A stretch of DNA of 63,440 nucleotides, filler included, from Ministeria vibrans ATCC 50519 (Eukaryota; Protista; Filasterea): NCBI GenBank assembly GCA_943704425.1. It is 5 parts of 5 records of this genome, joined end to end, with 100 filler letters (N's around TTAATTAATTAA, not from the genome) between each part and the next. Parts side by side here need not be neighbours in the genome. Positions count along the whole stretch, not along the records: positions 40,600 to 58,585 come from CALSCP010001017.1; positions 58,686 to 60,911 come from CALSCP010002278.1; positions 61,012 to 63,440 come from CALSCP010002371.1; 2 more parts are not named here. One strand, given 5' to 3'. Within the stretch, counting starts at the first letter, position 1; each line of letters begins with the position of its first letter. Both the position numbers and the translations under genes were made by a program. This document shows positions 50,916 to 63,440 of this stretch, one piece after another. The notes beneath the pieces were generated by a model, which was given only the letters and a program-made list of their open reading frames with translations, was not told the DNA's origin and did no database searches.

Positions 50916-53836
50916 GAAATAAGACAAGAACAGGCATGTCAAATACGTTTAGAATACCTTTTTCAGCTGATTGCTCTGCGGGTCACGCTCGCCATCGGCT
51001 CCGCGCAGCACCCCAGTCAGTCGCTGCGCCTCTCTCTCTTGTCCATCCACCATAGCCTTTTCCGTCTCCGCAACGCCCTTCAAACGCACAATCTCCTCTA
51101 CACATACACGTACACCACAGATATGCAGTAGTACCACGGTAAGCCCACTTATCTTCCACGCATGTACACGACCAATTTCCCGCTCACCTTGCAACGCAAC
51201 ACGCTCCCGCTGTGTCTGTGTGAGTTCGGTATGTGTCCGCACAAGTGCACTCTCCTTCTCCGTAACCTCACGCTTCACTCGCCCTATCTCGCCCTGTCGC
51301 TCACCCACGCGCTGCTTCAACTCCTTCACCTACACCCCCACACATACCTGCATAAGACGGCGTATCACCCTCCATTTTAAGTACCTCACTCTGCGCCTCA
51401 ACCAAATTGCGCGCAAAGAGCGTTCGCTCACTGCGCACACTCTCATACTGCATCGTCTGCCGCCGCAGCTCCCCCTCAAGCCTATGCACTTGCTTCTGTC
51501 CCTCAATCACCTCCCGTTCCCCATTCTTCAACTGTACATGCATATCCAAACGCAAAAAGGAAGAGTGAGAATTAAACAAAGAGGAAAAAACAAGCTAGAC
51601 ACAAACGTGAACAATTAATTGTTGCAAGCTGAGTAATGAGGGGGAAGAGCATGCAAGACACAAATATGTCAGCCAAATGCACGAGGGGTAATAGTAACAT
51701 TTTGTGTGCGCTCTAACTTGAGTGAGCATTTCAAGTGATTTTCCCGCACTATTTTGCACATCCACTGCAAATCGATCACGATCCCTTTCCAATTGCTCGA
51801 TCATCAATGCTTCCCGCACACTCTCTTCCTTTGCTCGCTCAATGTCCTGTCATTAAAAGGCAAACACAAGCTGTCAAATTTAATACAGTTCATAAATAAT
51901 AATAATAATTACGAGTTTAAGAGAATCTTTCTGTTGCAAGTGGAGCTTAGCCAAAGTGCTGTGCTGATCGCGGGATGCATTGGCCGCGATTACGCCCTTC
52001 TTGAGACTCTCTCGCTCCCGTTCCAGTTCCTCCTTCCGCTTACGATTCAGATCACACTGAGATCATACAAGAACATAAAATACAATAATAATGAACAAAA
52101 TAACAATAATAATATTAAAAAAATATTAGTATGGTACGTTTTGGGCAAGGCCTAGGAGTATTATTATTATTAATATTATTATTATCGTAGTAATGATAAT
52201 AATCATTACTACGATTATCCATCACAATCATAATGAAAAGCGACAACATAAGAATGTCGAGGAGTTTTACTTTCGTGTTTTACCTGTTTTCGGAGCGTGT
52301 CAAGATGAGTCTGTGCGTCGGCGAGTCTTGTGCGGGCGTCCTCTTTGCGCCTGCGCACTCCATCCAGCTCCATCTCGCCCTCCTCCACCTTCCGCTCAAC
52401 CGTCTCATTCATTCGCTTCCCTTTACTCGCTTCCTCCCTCAGCTCCTCCGCTTGTCCCTCCAGTTCACTCGCTTCCCGCTCTAGCTGCTCCTTTTCGCTT
52501 GCCAGATGGTCTCCCAATTGTGCCTTCAACATAAAAATTTAATATTATTTTACAGTCAATTCCAATTCAAATAATACTATCTGCTATCTTTCTCTCACCT
52601 GTTCCGCCTTCTCCCTATTCTTCCGCACCACCATACTCGCAATGGTTTCAAACTCCCGCTGAGCCGTCTCCAGCAGTCCCCGCTGCTTCTGTAGCTGTCC
52701 TTCAAGCCGTCTAATCTCGTCTATCTCTTCGGCAATCTCCTGCTCTCGCCGCTCCACTGCCCCTTTCTTCTTCTCAGCATCCTCTTCAAACTCTTTCACT
52801 TCGCCTTCAAGTCGCTCCTTCTTGCGTCCCTCCCGTTCCTTTTTGCTCTTGTGTGCTCCAAGCGATTCTTTCATTTCATGCACAACTTTGCTTTTCTCCG
52901 CAGCAAGTTCTTCAACCTATAATAATTATAAAGAATTACAATTCACGTGTGTCATCAATGAAAAAAAGAATAACCACGTCAATCAAAGTCGCAAATTCAA
53001 CCTGTGATTGCTGCTCGGCCAACTGCGTGAGGGAAGCGCGCAAACGCACAATAGTGTCCAATTGAGCGTCGCGCTCCTTGGTCACTGACTCCTTCTGCTC
53101 CATTAGATCCGTCAGAGCACTCTCGTGGCCCGCCCGTGCCCCTGCCCCTGCCTCCTGCTGTCGTTGGAGCTCACCAATCTCAATGCGCAACTGATGCATC
53201 CAGTCCTTGGTACGCGCCTCTTTCTCGTGCGACGCATCTACCACCGCCCATGCGTTCTACACCGTCATGTACGTTAGTCGGAGTGAAAGCAGTCCACAAT
53301 ATTAATACGTGCAACGTCCACCAAAAATGAATAGAAGACTATTGATACGATACCTCAATCTCTTGCTTAAGATTTTCAATTGTCTCCTGGCCCCCAAGAT
53401 CAGAAATTTCAAGAATGAGAGAAAACAAAAACGGATAAGAATGAGAAAAATACGAAACATCCCGGTAGGTAATACCACGTCGTCTTTGGTAGCAGTTGCA
53501 CCACTCTCTTGTGCTGCCAGGGCCACAATCTCCGCATTCAATTCAAAGCATCTCTGTCGCAAGCGCACTTCAGACGCTCGAGACTTTTTCATCGCATCGA
53601 CTTGTCGCTCGAGCTCGACTCGAAACCTTTCTAAGCCTGCATCACCCATGGTGTCTTGCGCAATCTAATAATTTGGTGTGTCACTTATTGATCATAGAGC
53701 GGGTGGACAGAGATTGATGAACGATTCTCGCGTTGCTATGGAAATGAAAAACAATAAGTAATATGCAAACCTTTCCCCAATCACTTGGCGACAGAGATTT
53801 GGATTGGTGTCCGGCCTCTTGGGTCTCTTCAGGCAT
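49730..53836 (-). CDS. CFAP58: Cilia- and flagella-associated coiled-coil protein CFAP58 (CCDC147)-like, multi-exon
   Basis: GDAGLERFRVELER...MKKSRASEVRLRQRCFELNAEI, AWAVVDASHEKE, VTKERD, YESVRSERTLFARNLVEAQ, ERDGFASQLVQRERELVRLYE and LNVHRWR match recalled CFAP58 motifs. Confidence 0.85.
50838..50913. repeat. (ATT)n microsatellite, intronic
   Basis: Visible run. Confidence 0.95.
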
Positions 53837-54079
53837 TTTAAAGAGAGAATAATGAAAAAAAAAGAAGAAGAAGGAAAAGACGAAAGTAAGTGTGTGAAAC
53901 TCGTAACTCGAATCAGGGAAATTCAATTCATTCCACTCACATGCCAGACCTGCCTCCGGGCCACGGGAGGTTGCAATTGGGAAAGTTAGGATTTAGGAAG
54001 CTGGAAGGGCCGACTGCCCGTCTGTACCCGACTGATCAGGGCCGGACCGGACGGGCGATCAGCACACTCGCACTATCTA

Positions 54080-54111
<32 letters not shown>

Positions 54112-54119
54112 TGGTTACA

Positions 54120-54631
54120 ATGACGACGACCACAGATCCCAATCATCCCATTGCTTCAACCACGAGTGAGTCCACGACTTTGACTTTACACTTATTGCCG
54201 GCAGACATCTTCATGGGATGTCAGAGCCCTAAGCCCACTGGGGGTATGGCGCACGACTGCAATTGCCTCACTGGATAGCGACGATACACGCACTTCGGAC
54301 CTTACACTGTTCTCGTAGAGAATGCGGGCGCAGCTCTTGTAGATTGCATCAGCGAATGCATCCAAATAGTCACGTCTTATAGCAAGTCGGTTCTTGATCT
54401 CTTAAATTGTGTACAAAGAAGTAAAATACAGTCTCATACACCAATAAGGGGGTGTCTGATAGTGTACAGTTTGTTGTTTGTTTTTCATTGCTCAGCGTAG
54501 AATTCGAACAACGAATCTCTTCGTGTGTCAAGCCAAGTCACAAATCGCTCCACACGACTCTTGCGTCGTCGCGTCGCGTCTCGCCGTTCGCCCGAAGCAC
54601 TCCTCGTCGACGCACAAAAGGCATCATTTGA
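54120..54631 (+). CDS. Possible small multi-exon hypothetical protein
   Basis: ATG at 54120 plus GTGAGT, GTATGG and GTAAAA donors allow one continuous frame (MTTTTDPNHP...ALVDCISECIQIVTSYSKSVLDLLNCVQR...RRRTKGII*). No family recognised; alternative models exist. Confidence 0.3.
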
Positions 54632-54709
54632 CGCGCGTTGTGCCTATCAATGCAAAATTGTGATTAGCACACAACAATCGAGAACAATATAATAATAAGA
54701 AAATAAATT

Positions 54710-54736
54710 AATAATAATAATAATAATAATAATAAC

Positions 54737-54828
<92 letters not shown>
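54710..54828. repeat. (AAT)n microsatellite
   Basis: Near-perfect run. Confidence 0.97.
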
Positions 54829-54829
<1 letters not shown>

Positions 54830-54979
54830 TTTGGCTCCCTTTTCGTGTAAAAGTTTATTGTTACAGAGACGTTAAGCTCTTATTATATATATCTTCAAAG
54901 ATCTCATCCCATTTGTCCTTATAATGACACGATAATAAATTATTATTATTATTATTATTAATATTATTACGCGTTTTGT

Positions 54980-56518
54980 TTATTGTTGCAGGGATTCCAC
55001 TCGCGCATTAACGCTGTCGCGAACGGTTTTGAAGAAGGTCTGCTTCTCGGCGTCGGATGAGCGGGTCCATGCAAGGGGAAGGTGCTTGGCAACTGGCGCG
55101 CGGTCTTGAAAGAATGCGCCGTTGGCGTCAGCTGGAAGCGAAGCCACCTGCGCCAGCCACACGATGGTGTCGGCGCCCTCGGTGGAAGTGCGAAGACGGC
55201 CTTCCATCTTCTTGTGGAAATCGGGCATGGAGCTTGCAACAGCGGGAGTGTCGGCCCAGCCAGGATGCATGGAGACAAATGTGATGCCTTAGGCGTAAGT
55301 GTCAGTGTAAGATGAGGTGTTTTAAATGTGCTTGCTTACCAGTGTGTTGCTTGGCCCACAGTTCCGTCAGCACCACCTGCTGTCTCTTTTGCTGAGCATA
55401 CACCATTGTCCCCTCAAAGTCGCTTTCACTCATTGTGGTAAGTCCTGGGTCTTTTTCATTTAACTTCTGAAGGAGCATTCCCCCAGAGGAGACAGTAATC
55501 TGCAGAATAGAAGAAGAATAAAATTAAAATCATAATAAAGTCGTGTAGCGATGTGAGACGTACGACTCGGCCATTTTCTTCCATCAATGGGATGAGCCCT
55601 TCTGTTAACTGGACTGTCCCCAGAATGTTCGTGGCATAGTTGAGTTCGTGCCCATCGTCGGTGAAGCGTCGCTCGTTCACCATACAACCTGCATTGTTGA
55701 CAAGCACAGAGATTTTGTCTTGTGCCTTCATTTCGTCAACAAACGAGTTGATATCGCTAGCGCTCGACATGTCCACAATGTGAAGAAACACCTAAGCCGA
55801 AAGAGTGGGTGATTTGTTGATAATAATTATTGAGTGATATTTACCTTCTTGTTGCCCGACGCTTCGACAATTTCCTAACAAAATACAAAACATCTGGTTT
55901 AACGGGGGGGATTCTCATGCTGGCAAAGTTGTAGGCGAGCGTGGAGACAGAATGGCTGTTGGATGCAACACGATACTTAGGTGATGGACTCAAGGCTATG
56001 CCGGCATCAGACTGGTCACTGGTGTGCGACAGGGACAATCTGCGGCGTTTGTTGCGAACAATTTCATTATTATTACAATAATTATTATGACGTATGTCTT
56101 TGTCTTTCGTCTTTGCTGAAGAATAGCTCTACGCACACGCACTCAGCATTGACTTGCCAACCATCGAACAAACTCAGGCATACGCTCAAAAGCAGGTCGC
56201 GCAATCGTTTCAGGGCAGACGCACGAGCCGCATCGACATCGACATTTGGGTCACGACTACACAAAAGTTTCACAAAAGTACCTCTCGTGCGGCCTCGCCG
56301 CGGTTCTGACTTCGGCAGACCATGTGCACCGTTGCATTTGTGGAGGCCAGCTGCAAAGCGGCGCTCTTGCCGATGCCTGAGTTGGCGCCAGTGATAATGA
56401 CGGACGCGGGCGTTTGGTACGCGTCTTCGCCAAATTTCGCCGAGGCCTTTTCGAACCCCTGCTTCGTGTAGTTACGCAAGCCGCCGACGTACCACACAAC
56501 GTTACGATACAGTGACAT
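54980..56518 (-). CDS. DHRS12: Short-chain dehydrogenase/reductase, DHRS12-like, 5 exons
   Basis: [24 protein letters not shown]-terminus, [32 protein letters not shown] (YxxxK) and MHPGWADTP. Confidence 0.92.
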
Positions 56519-56722
56519 CTGATAATATCAAAATAATAGTGATCACATTCGATGGCGGATGGATCTCGGGATCGCCTTCAATTCCGAGTTTCCGATCGAT
56601 GACATGGATGACGCGATCTCGCGGTCGGCGCACACTTTTAATCAAACCGCATCGAAACCGACGGCGTTTTGTCGTGTCACCCAGTCACATTCTTTTGTTC
56701 TTCCACCCGTCTCTCACCCCCG

Positions 56723-57811
56723 ATGTTCATCGGCGTTCTCTTATCCTTCTTGGCTTGGCAATCCATCAGTTTTTTGCTCGATCGGCTGGTCGTCTCAAAA
56801 TTTGTACGCTACCCAGTACAATCGTCGTCGAACCCCCCTGGAACCAGGGGGCATCCATACGACGTGCAATATCGCACCTATGCGTCTCCTTCAACGACAC
56901 CTTAAATTGACCATTAGTGTTTTGTAGACACACAAAGTTGACGCAGCGAAGGTCCAGCTTTTTCGCAACACTTTGGTTTCGGCGACTCATGCAGTCATCG
57001 TTGCGACTTGCTCGACGGTTGGGTTGCTTGACGCAGAGGCACGGCGCGACCTAATCTATTCCCACAATCTTTGGTGCGACATGGCCCTGGTCATCAGTAC
57101 CGGTAAGCGTCTCAGAGATTGCCCGCTTCCTTCTTTGTCGCACTGTGGAATTGAGTCGTTAAATTCAATACACGCGCGCTTTCGTTGAGCATGACAGCGA
57201 TCACTGATCACTGATCACTCGTATCAGCGTCTCAGTGTCTCTCTCGCGCTGAACAGAAACCTTTTGTTTTCCTTTCATTTTATTGTTGTGCACAGGATAC
57301 TTCCTTCACGATACCCTCGACATGTACATGCACTCCATCCCACCATTCCCCAGTCTGATCTACCTACATCATGCAACGGTTTTGACTTGCTTTCTGAGTG
57401 CGCTGTGGCACGAAAACTTTTCGGGGTACCTCAGTGCCGCGTTGATCGTCGAGTACCACGGGGTGTTCTTACACTTGCGCCAACTCTTGAAGTTGAGCCA
57501 CTCATCGCCAAGTGGGTTTACATCTCGCGTTGTTCTCTTCGGCAACATCTGCTCGCTGCTGGTGTTTCGCCTTGCTTTTCATTCCTGGCTTACTCTGCAT
57601 GTTTGGACATCTCGTCCCTCGTTTCCCTCCGTGTTCTCCTTTTCCGTCGCCTTTTACGGGATGGTTACTGTGTCGCTTCTTAACCTCGATCTAGCACGGA
57701 AACTGATCACGTAAGACTTTTCAATGAGAATGAGACAATGACTAACATTTTCTTTTCTTAAATTGCGACAGAGCGGACTTTTTCCGAAGCAAGAAAAAAG
57801 GAAGCGCGTAA
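56723..57811 (+). CDS. TLC (TRAM/LAG1/CLN8) domain membrane protein, TLCD1/2-like, 4 exons
   Basis: RNTLVSATHA, STGYFLHDTLD, LHH, IVEYHGVFLHLRQLL and LVFRL. Confidence 0.85.
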
Positions 57812-58172
57812 ATCGGATGTTATTAGTCATCATAAAAACTTTCCAATGTACATCAACATTCCATATTACTGCACTCTGTCACGAAAAAAGCACTCTTAGA
57901 AAACGACACCAAGTTGAACACGAACACTTTACTAATAGTATTAAGAATATTAAAAGTGAAAATAGAGGAAATAGAGGTTTGTTTTGCAGATAACAACAAA
58001 AAACCCCCAACGAAAATAATTAATAATAATAACAATAATAATAACAATAATAATAATAATAATAATTTTATTATCATTTTCAAAGAAGACATTAATTCTG
58101 AATTATTTTCATGTTTTAATAATCTAATTATTACGTCATTTAAAAATATTATTATTAAAATCATCTTCTTCT

Positions 58173-58463
58173 TCACTTGTTCACAATGGCAGTCGTCAAA
58201 CAGGCAACCCAGGCATCACATAGCTCGGCGGTTGAGCAGTAGAACATGTGCATGACTCCCGCCTCGACAATCTGGAACGCATTCGCCTGAAATTGTGCCT
58301 ATTAGTCTCCTTTACATTGCTCACATCTCGTGCGCTGTACCTTGCCACATTTTCGCTCGTCCACCTTGGTCGCAGCCACCATGTTGGCAAAAGCCACTTG
58401 CTTGGGCGACTTCTTGCCGACCGCCATCCAATGCAGTGTGTTTCCTTCAATACGAGGCACAAT
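58173..58463 (-). CDS. 3' exons of a PH-domain-containing protein (5' end missing)
   Basis: IEGNTLHW...KQVAF / ANAFQIVEAGVMHMFYCSTAELCDAWVACL*: beta strands followed by the Trp-containing C-terminal helix. Confidence 0.65.
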
Positions 58464-58476
58464 CTGCAAAATCGGA

Positions 58477-58585
<109 letters not shown>

Positions 58586-58685
58586 NNNNNNNNNNNNNNN
58601 NNNNNNNNNNNNNNNNNNNNNNNNNNNNNTTAATTAATTAANNNNNNNNNNNNNNNNNNNNNNNNNNNNNNNNNNNNNNNNNNNN
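58586..58685. other. Artificial scaffold linker
   Basis: N44-TTAATTAATTAA-N44. Confidence 0.98.
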
Positions 58686-58691
58686 ACAGAC

Positions 58692-58740
<49 letters not shown>

Positions 58741-58912
58741 AAGAAACAAAGTGATACAGAGAGAGATAGAGAGAGAGAGAGGAGGGGGAAAGAAACAGAG
58801 AGAGAGAGAAACAAATAGAGAGAGGGAAACAAATAGAGAGAGAGAGAAACAAAGTGATAGAGAGAGCGCCAGAGGACACTTGTTTATTCATTGCGATGCG
58901 TTTTCCATGTAG

Positions 58913-60357
<1,445 letters not shown>

Positions 60358-60911
60358 AACTTAATAGTGTATAAGCGAAGATAATCGAATGACAAATCCG
60401 ATTGTAAATTACGATCTACAGATTGATGTGAACACAATGGGAGTGACTGCGCCTCTCCCATCGCCAGACTCACCTCAATTACCTTGCGTCGGTTGCGTGT
60501 CCTTGACCCCTCTAGGGTTGTCTGTTCCGTTCTTTCCCTCTTTTCTCGGATGACTTGGCAACACAATAATATAATAGACAATAACTAAAACCCCACACAC
60601 TGCGCTTGGGCCGACATCGTACTCCCTAAATATGCTGCGTATCTGTGCATACTATCCCTTTGTCAGCTTGTCTCGCTAGCGCAACATGTTGTTCAGTCGG
60701 ATCTTTTTTTTTTTTTTTTTTTTTTTTGGTTTTTTTTTTTCAAATTTCGCAAACCTCACGCAACTCCAACGGTGTTTCGCTTGCGAGTCGCATCGTGCCA
60801 ACACGGAGACGCGGGGGGAGGGTACGGTGAGTCGTGCCCGGCGCGTTCACCAGTGACAAGTATCGTTTTCTATCGAGTGACGCTTATGTTCAAAAAAAAA
60901 AAAAAAAAAAA

Positions 60912-61011
60912 NNNNNNNNNNNNNNNNNNNNNNNNNNNNNNNNNNNNNNNNNNNNTTAATTAATTAANNNNNNNNNNNNNNNNNNNNNNNNNNNNNNNNN
61001 NNNNNNNNNNN
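60912..61011. other. Artificial scaffold linker
   Basis: N44-TTAATTAATTAA-N44. Confidence 0.98.
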
Positions 61012-61069
<58 letters not shown>

Positions 61070-61075
<6 letters not shown>

Positions 61076-61508
61076 CAAATTCAAAATCAATCACTGTCAC
61101 ACGCACAAAAGTCAAATTGGAATCTCTTACAATCTCATCAAGTCTACCGCTGTCAGACTGCGCGACTTCATCGCTGGCAGTCCATCCCCGACGCTCGAGC
61201 TCACGATACATCAGCAAGAAGGACACGTTGTTGCGCGCCATTCGCAGAAAATGTCTGTTTTCGCCAAAAGCAACATTTTTCATCTATCAAGACATAGCCG
61301 AAAGGAAGACATGTCAATCAAGCTACGCCGATCGGTGGGGGTGGGGGCACAGGGAGGCGCAGAGGGCACGTACGCTGGGGATAAGCAGTGCGGATGTGCA
61401 ATATTCGACACCGACACGACGCGTCGCCCGATCAAGCGCATACAGCGCAAGCAGCCCGGTCACGATGAAGATGACGCCTTGGATGCTCGGGCGCCGAAAG
61501 CCCATCAT
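61070..61508 (-). CDS. 5' exons of a probable type II membrane protein (3' end missing)
   Basis: MMGFRRPSIQGVIFIVTGLLALYAL (basic residues + single TM), GTACGT donor, next exon MKNVAFGENRHFL... Confidence 0.45.
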
Positions 61509-61773
61509 CACCAAAAAAAGAATTCTGAGACTGTGAGTCACTACGTCTTAATGTCTCGATCACTTATGATAAAAAATGATTTTTAATTTTGACGGCGCGA
61601 TCGTGGTTACTCACTGGTTTAAGGAGCAAGAACACTCTGTCACACTCAGGGCAGACACGTTAGATAGAGGTTTCACCGTGGAGAGTAGAGACCGGTGTCT
61701 CAGTCTGATCGTTGGGATGAGTAGAATTTAGATCAATAAATAAAACTATTTTTTCTGCCTTTGACCTTTCTCT

Positions 61774-63007
61774 ATGCAACGGCCTCGTTATGTCTTACTC
61801 GAGTGTCCATCCACGGAGTGCAGCCAGTGCGTTGACAAGACAGTCGTCTTCAAGGATGGCTTCCCCCACTGGTTTGACAACAAACGTGAAACAAACGCCA
61901 ATTGAACCAGCGCCACAGCTCACAGTGCCAGTCCCGCCTGCTTCACTGCGACATGTGCCTGGCGTTCCTGGTTGATCCTCGATATGCTACGGCCGACGGT
62001 GAGACGCAGGGATCGGTAGACGACGCAGAGCGTCACTGTCGACGATGCGGGTTCTCAACGCGTCTTGGTGCGGCTCAGAGCCACGCTCCTGCTCGCTCGC
62101 TAAGCCCATTGCTACGTAGATGAAGCGCTTCGACGGTGTCTGGGCCTGGCGGACCTCAACGCGCCCTTTTCAGCCGCACACATTGTATGCGTATCAATCG
62201 TGTGGTGCATTAATATAGTGCACCCTTGTTTCGTTGCAGGCCCGAATACAAAGTAGTCTTGCGGCGCAATCAAGACACTTGAGGATAGAGGGAGCGTCCG
62301 CCGTGGAGTCGGGTCAGCAGCGGAAGCGAACACGCGACAAAGAGGACGAAGACGACGCCGCGCCGCCACGCCAACGCGCTCGACACACCGACGGTTATCC
62401 GTCCATTCCGTCCAGCAGCAATGGGGCGTCGGGAGTGATAGTGGACACTACCAATGCTGACGATCCTGGCGGTAGTCTCATTGAGCTGCCATGGGTTGTC
62501 ACCACTCCCGATGTGTTCACCAAGACTCACCACCTCATTCTGTGCGCACTGTACGGTGAGAGCGACACAAATGGGAGTGTTAAGGAGCTGTTGAGGGTCT
62601 CAGCATGGTTTGTTGCGACACATGCGGAACTGTGCGAGCGTGCGGCGAGGATGGAAGTAATCAGGCAACACGGCGAGCGCGTTACGAGACTTTTCCCAAT
62701 CAGAGAGAATCCGCACGCGAGAGCACTGAATGCGCGATTGCATGAGTACATTGAGCAGGCGGGAGACCCATCGGACGCGACTGAGTGGCGTGAGATTTCA
62801 AGCGAGCTAGGCAAGACGCTGAGTCGGGTGTCGAGCGAATTGCATCGACTGTATGTTGAATTGACTGGTGTGTGTGCGGAGCAGGAGGAGGAGCACGAAA
62901 CTAAAACTGGAGCGGTTCTGGAGTGGCTTGCCCGACGCACTGCTGCTCGTCAAACGGTGCTTCTGATGCGATCGCTGTATCGCTCCATAGTCGATTTGCT
63001 CCTTTAG
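61774..63007 (+). CDS. Hypothetical protein with N-terminal multiple CxxC zinc ribbons and a helical C-terminus, 4 exons
   Basis: Spliced model ECPSTECSQC...HCSQCQSRLLHCDMC...HCRRCGFSTRL joins in phase to DEALRRCLG... and to the long ORF ending at 63007. Basic NLS-like RKR. Confidence 0.55.
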
Positions 63008-63132
63008 GCGGACTATTTTGTACAAACATTGTCATTCTAATCAATAATGAACTAACCTCAATCAGGAATCAATCGATCAGTCGGATCAGAGTTCAGACCG
63101 AGTTTTAAAATCACTTAATTTTCCCTGTCAAT

Positions 63133-63440
63133 ATGCGTGTTATTGCTGTTGTCGCCTTGCTCGTCGCCTCCGCCTTTGCGCTGGGTACGTGCCTGCATTG
63201 CCTCCACAGCACAACCATTAATAATAATAATAATAATAATTATTGTGGTTTTGTCCTCCAGCTCCTCTGCACACCAGCAAAGAGCCCATTGGAAACTCGT
63301 ACATTGTTGTGTTCAACCAGGACGTCACCGCCGACGATGGTAAGCGCCCCCATAGCATTCTCGCTCATCACATGACCCTTTTTTCTACTTTTCTCTCTAT
63401 ATCTGTAATTTCATAACCATCTATTACGTATTTCCCTTCT
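63133..63440 (+). CDS. 5' end of a secreted protein (runs off window)
   Basis: Signal peptide MRVIAVVALLVASAFA followed by a GTACGT donor. Confidence 0.5.

Noticed and set aside
61585-61680. tRNA-like segment (CTGGTTTAAGG resembles a D-loop)
   Set aside because: No GTTCRA T-loop or acceptor stem found.

Overview
Intron-rich, gene-dense eukaryotic (protist-like) genomic DNA. It is not one locus: four N44-TTAATTAATTAA-N44 linkers join five scaffolds (1-19090, 19191-40499, 40600-58585, 58686-60911, 61012-63440), so adjacency across linkers means nothing. About 27 genes or gene fragments were reconstructed by hand, using GT-AG introns and the standard code. Scaffold 1 has MIC19/CHCHD3 exon 1, VPS37A, a stand-alone SGNH/CASD1-N-like protein, a URA2/CAD fusion with a dead dihydroorotase domain, KICS2, a 174-bp tandem array, an F-box/WD40 gene, ADE2 and a second F-box fragment. 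Scaffold 2 has a GT2-like fragment, a metallo-beta-lactamase-fold protein, a PTS1-ending alpha/beta hydrolase, a DDB1/SAP130-family protein, TTC4, two tandem kelch/Cys-rich/EGF receptor kinases, an ependymin-like secreted protein and RBBP6 exon 1. Scaffold 3 has a RasGEF with tandem talin-F0/F1-like domains, two tandem MAP2Ks, CFAP58, DHRS12, a TLC-domain protein and a PH-domain fragment. Scaffold 4 has a FoxJ2/3-type forkhead gene that the ORF track misses. Scaffold 5 has a type II membrane protein fragment, a zinc-ribbon protein and the start of a secreted protein. Most notable: (1) the receptor-kinase pair has deeply diverged ectodomains but a ~1.25-kb near-identical juxtamembrane+kinase tract, introns included; (2) the 174-bp array looks like a repeated exon+intron unit inside an open frame; (3) a fungal-style pseudo-DHO CAD sits among animal-like genes; (4) a fixed 14-mer, TATCACTTTGTTTC, recurs inside CT microsatellites on four scaffolds. 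All family assignments come from motif recognition by eye; no database searches were run.
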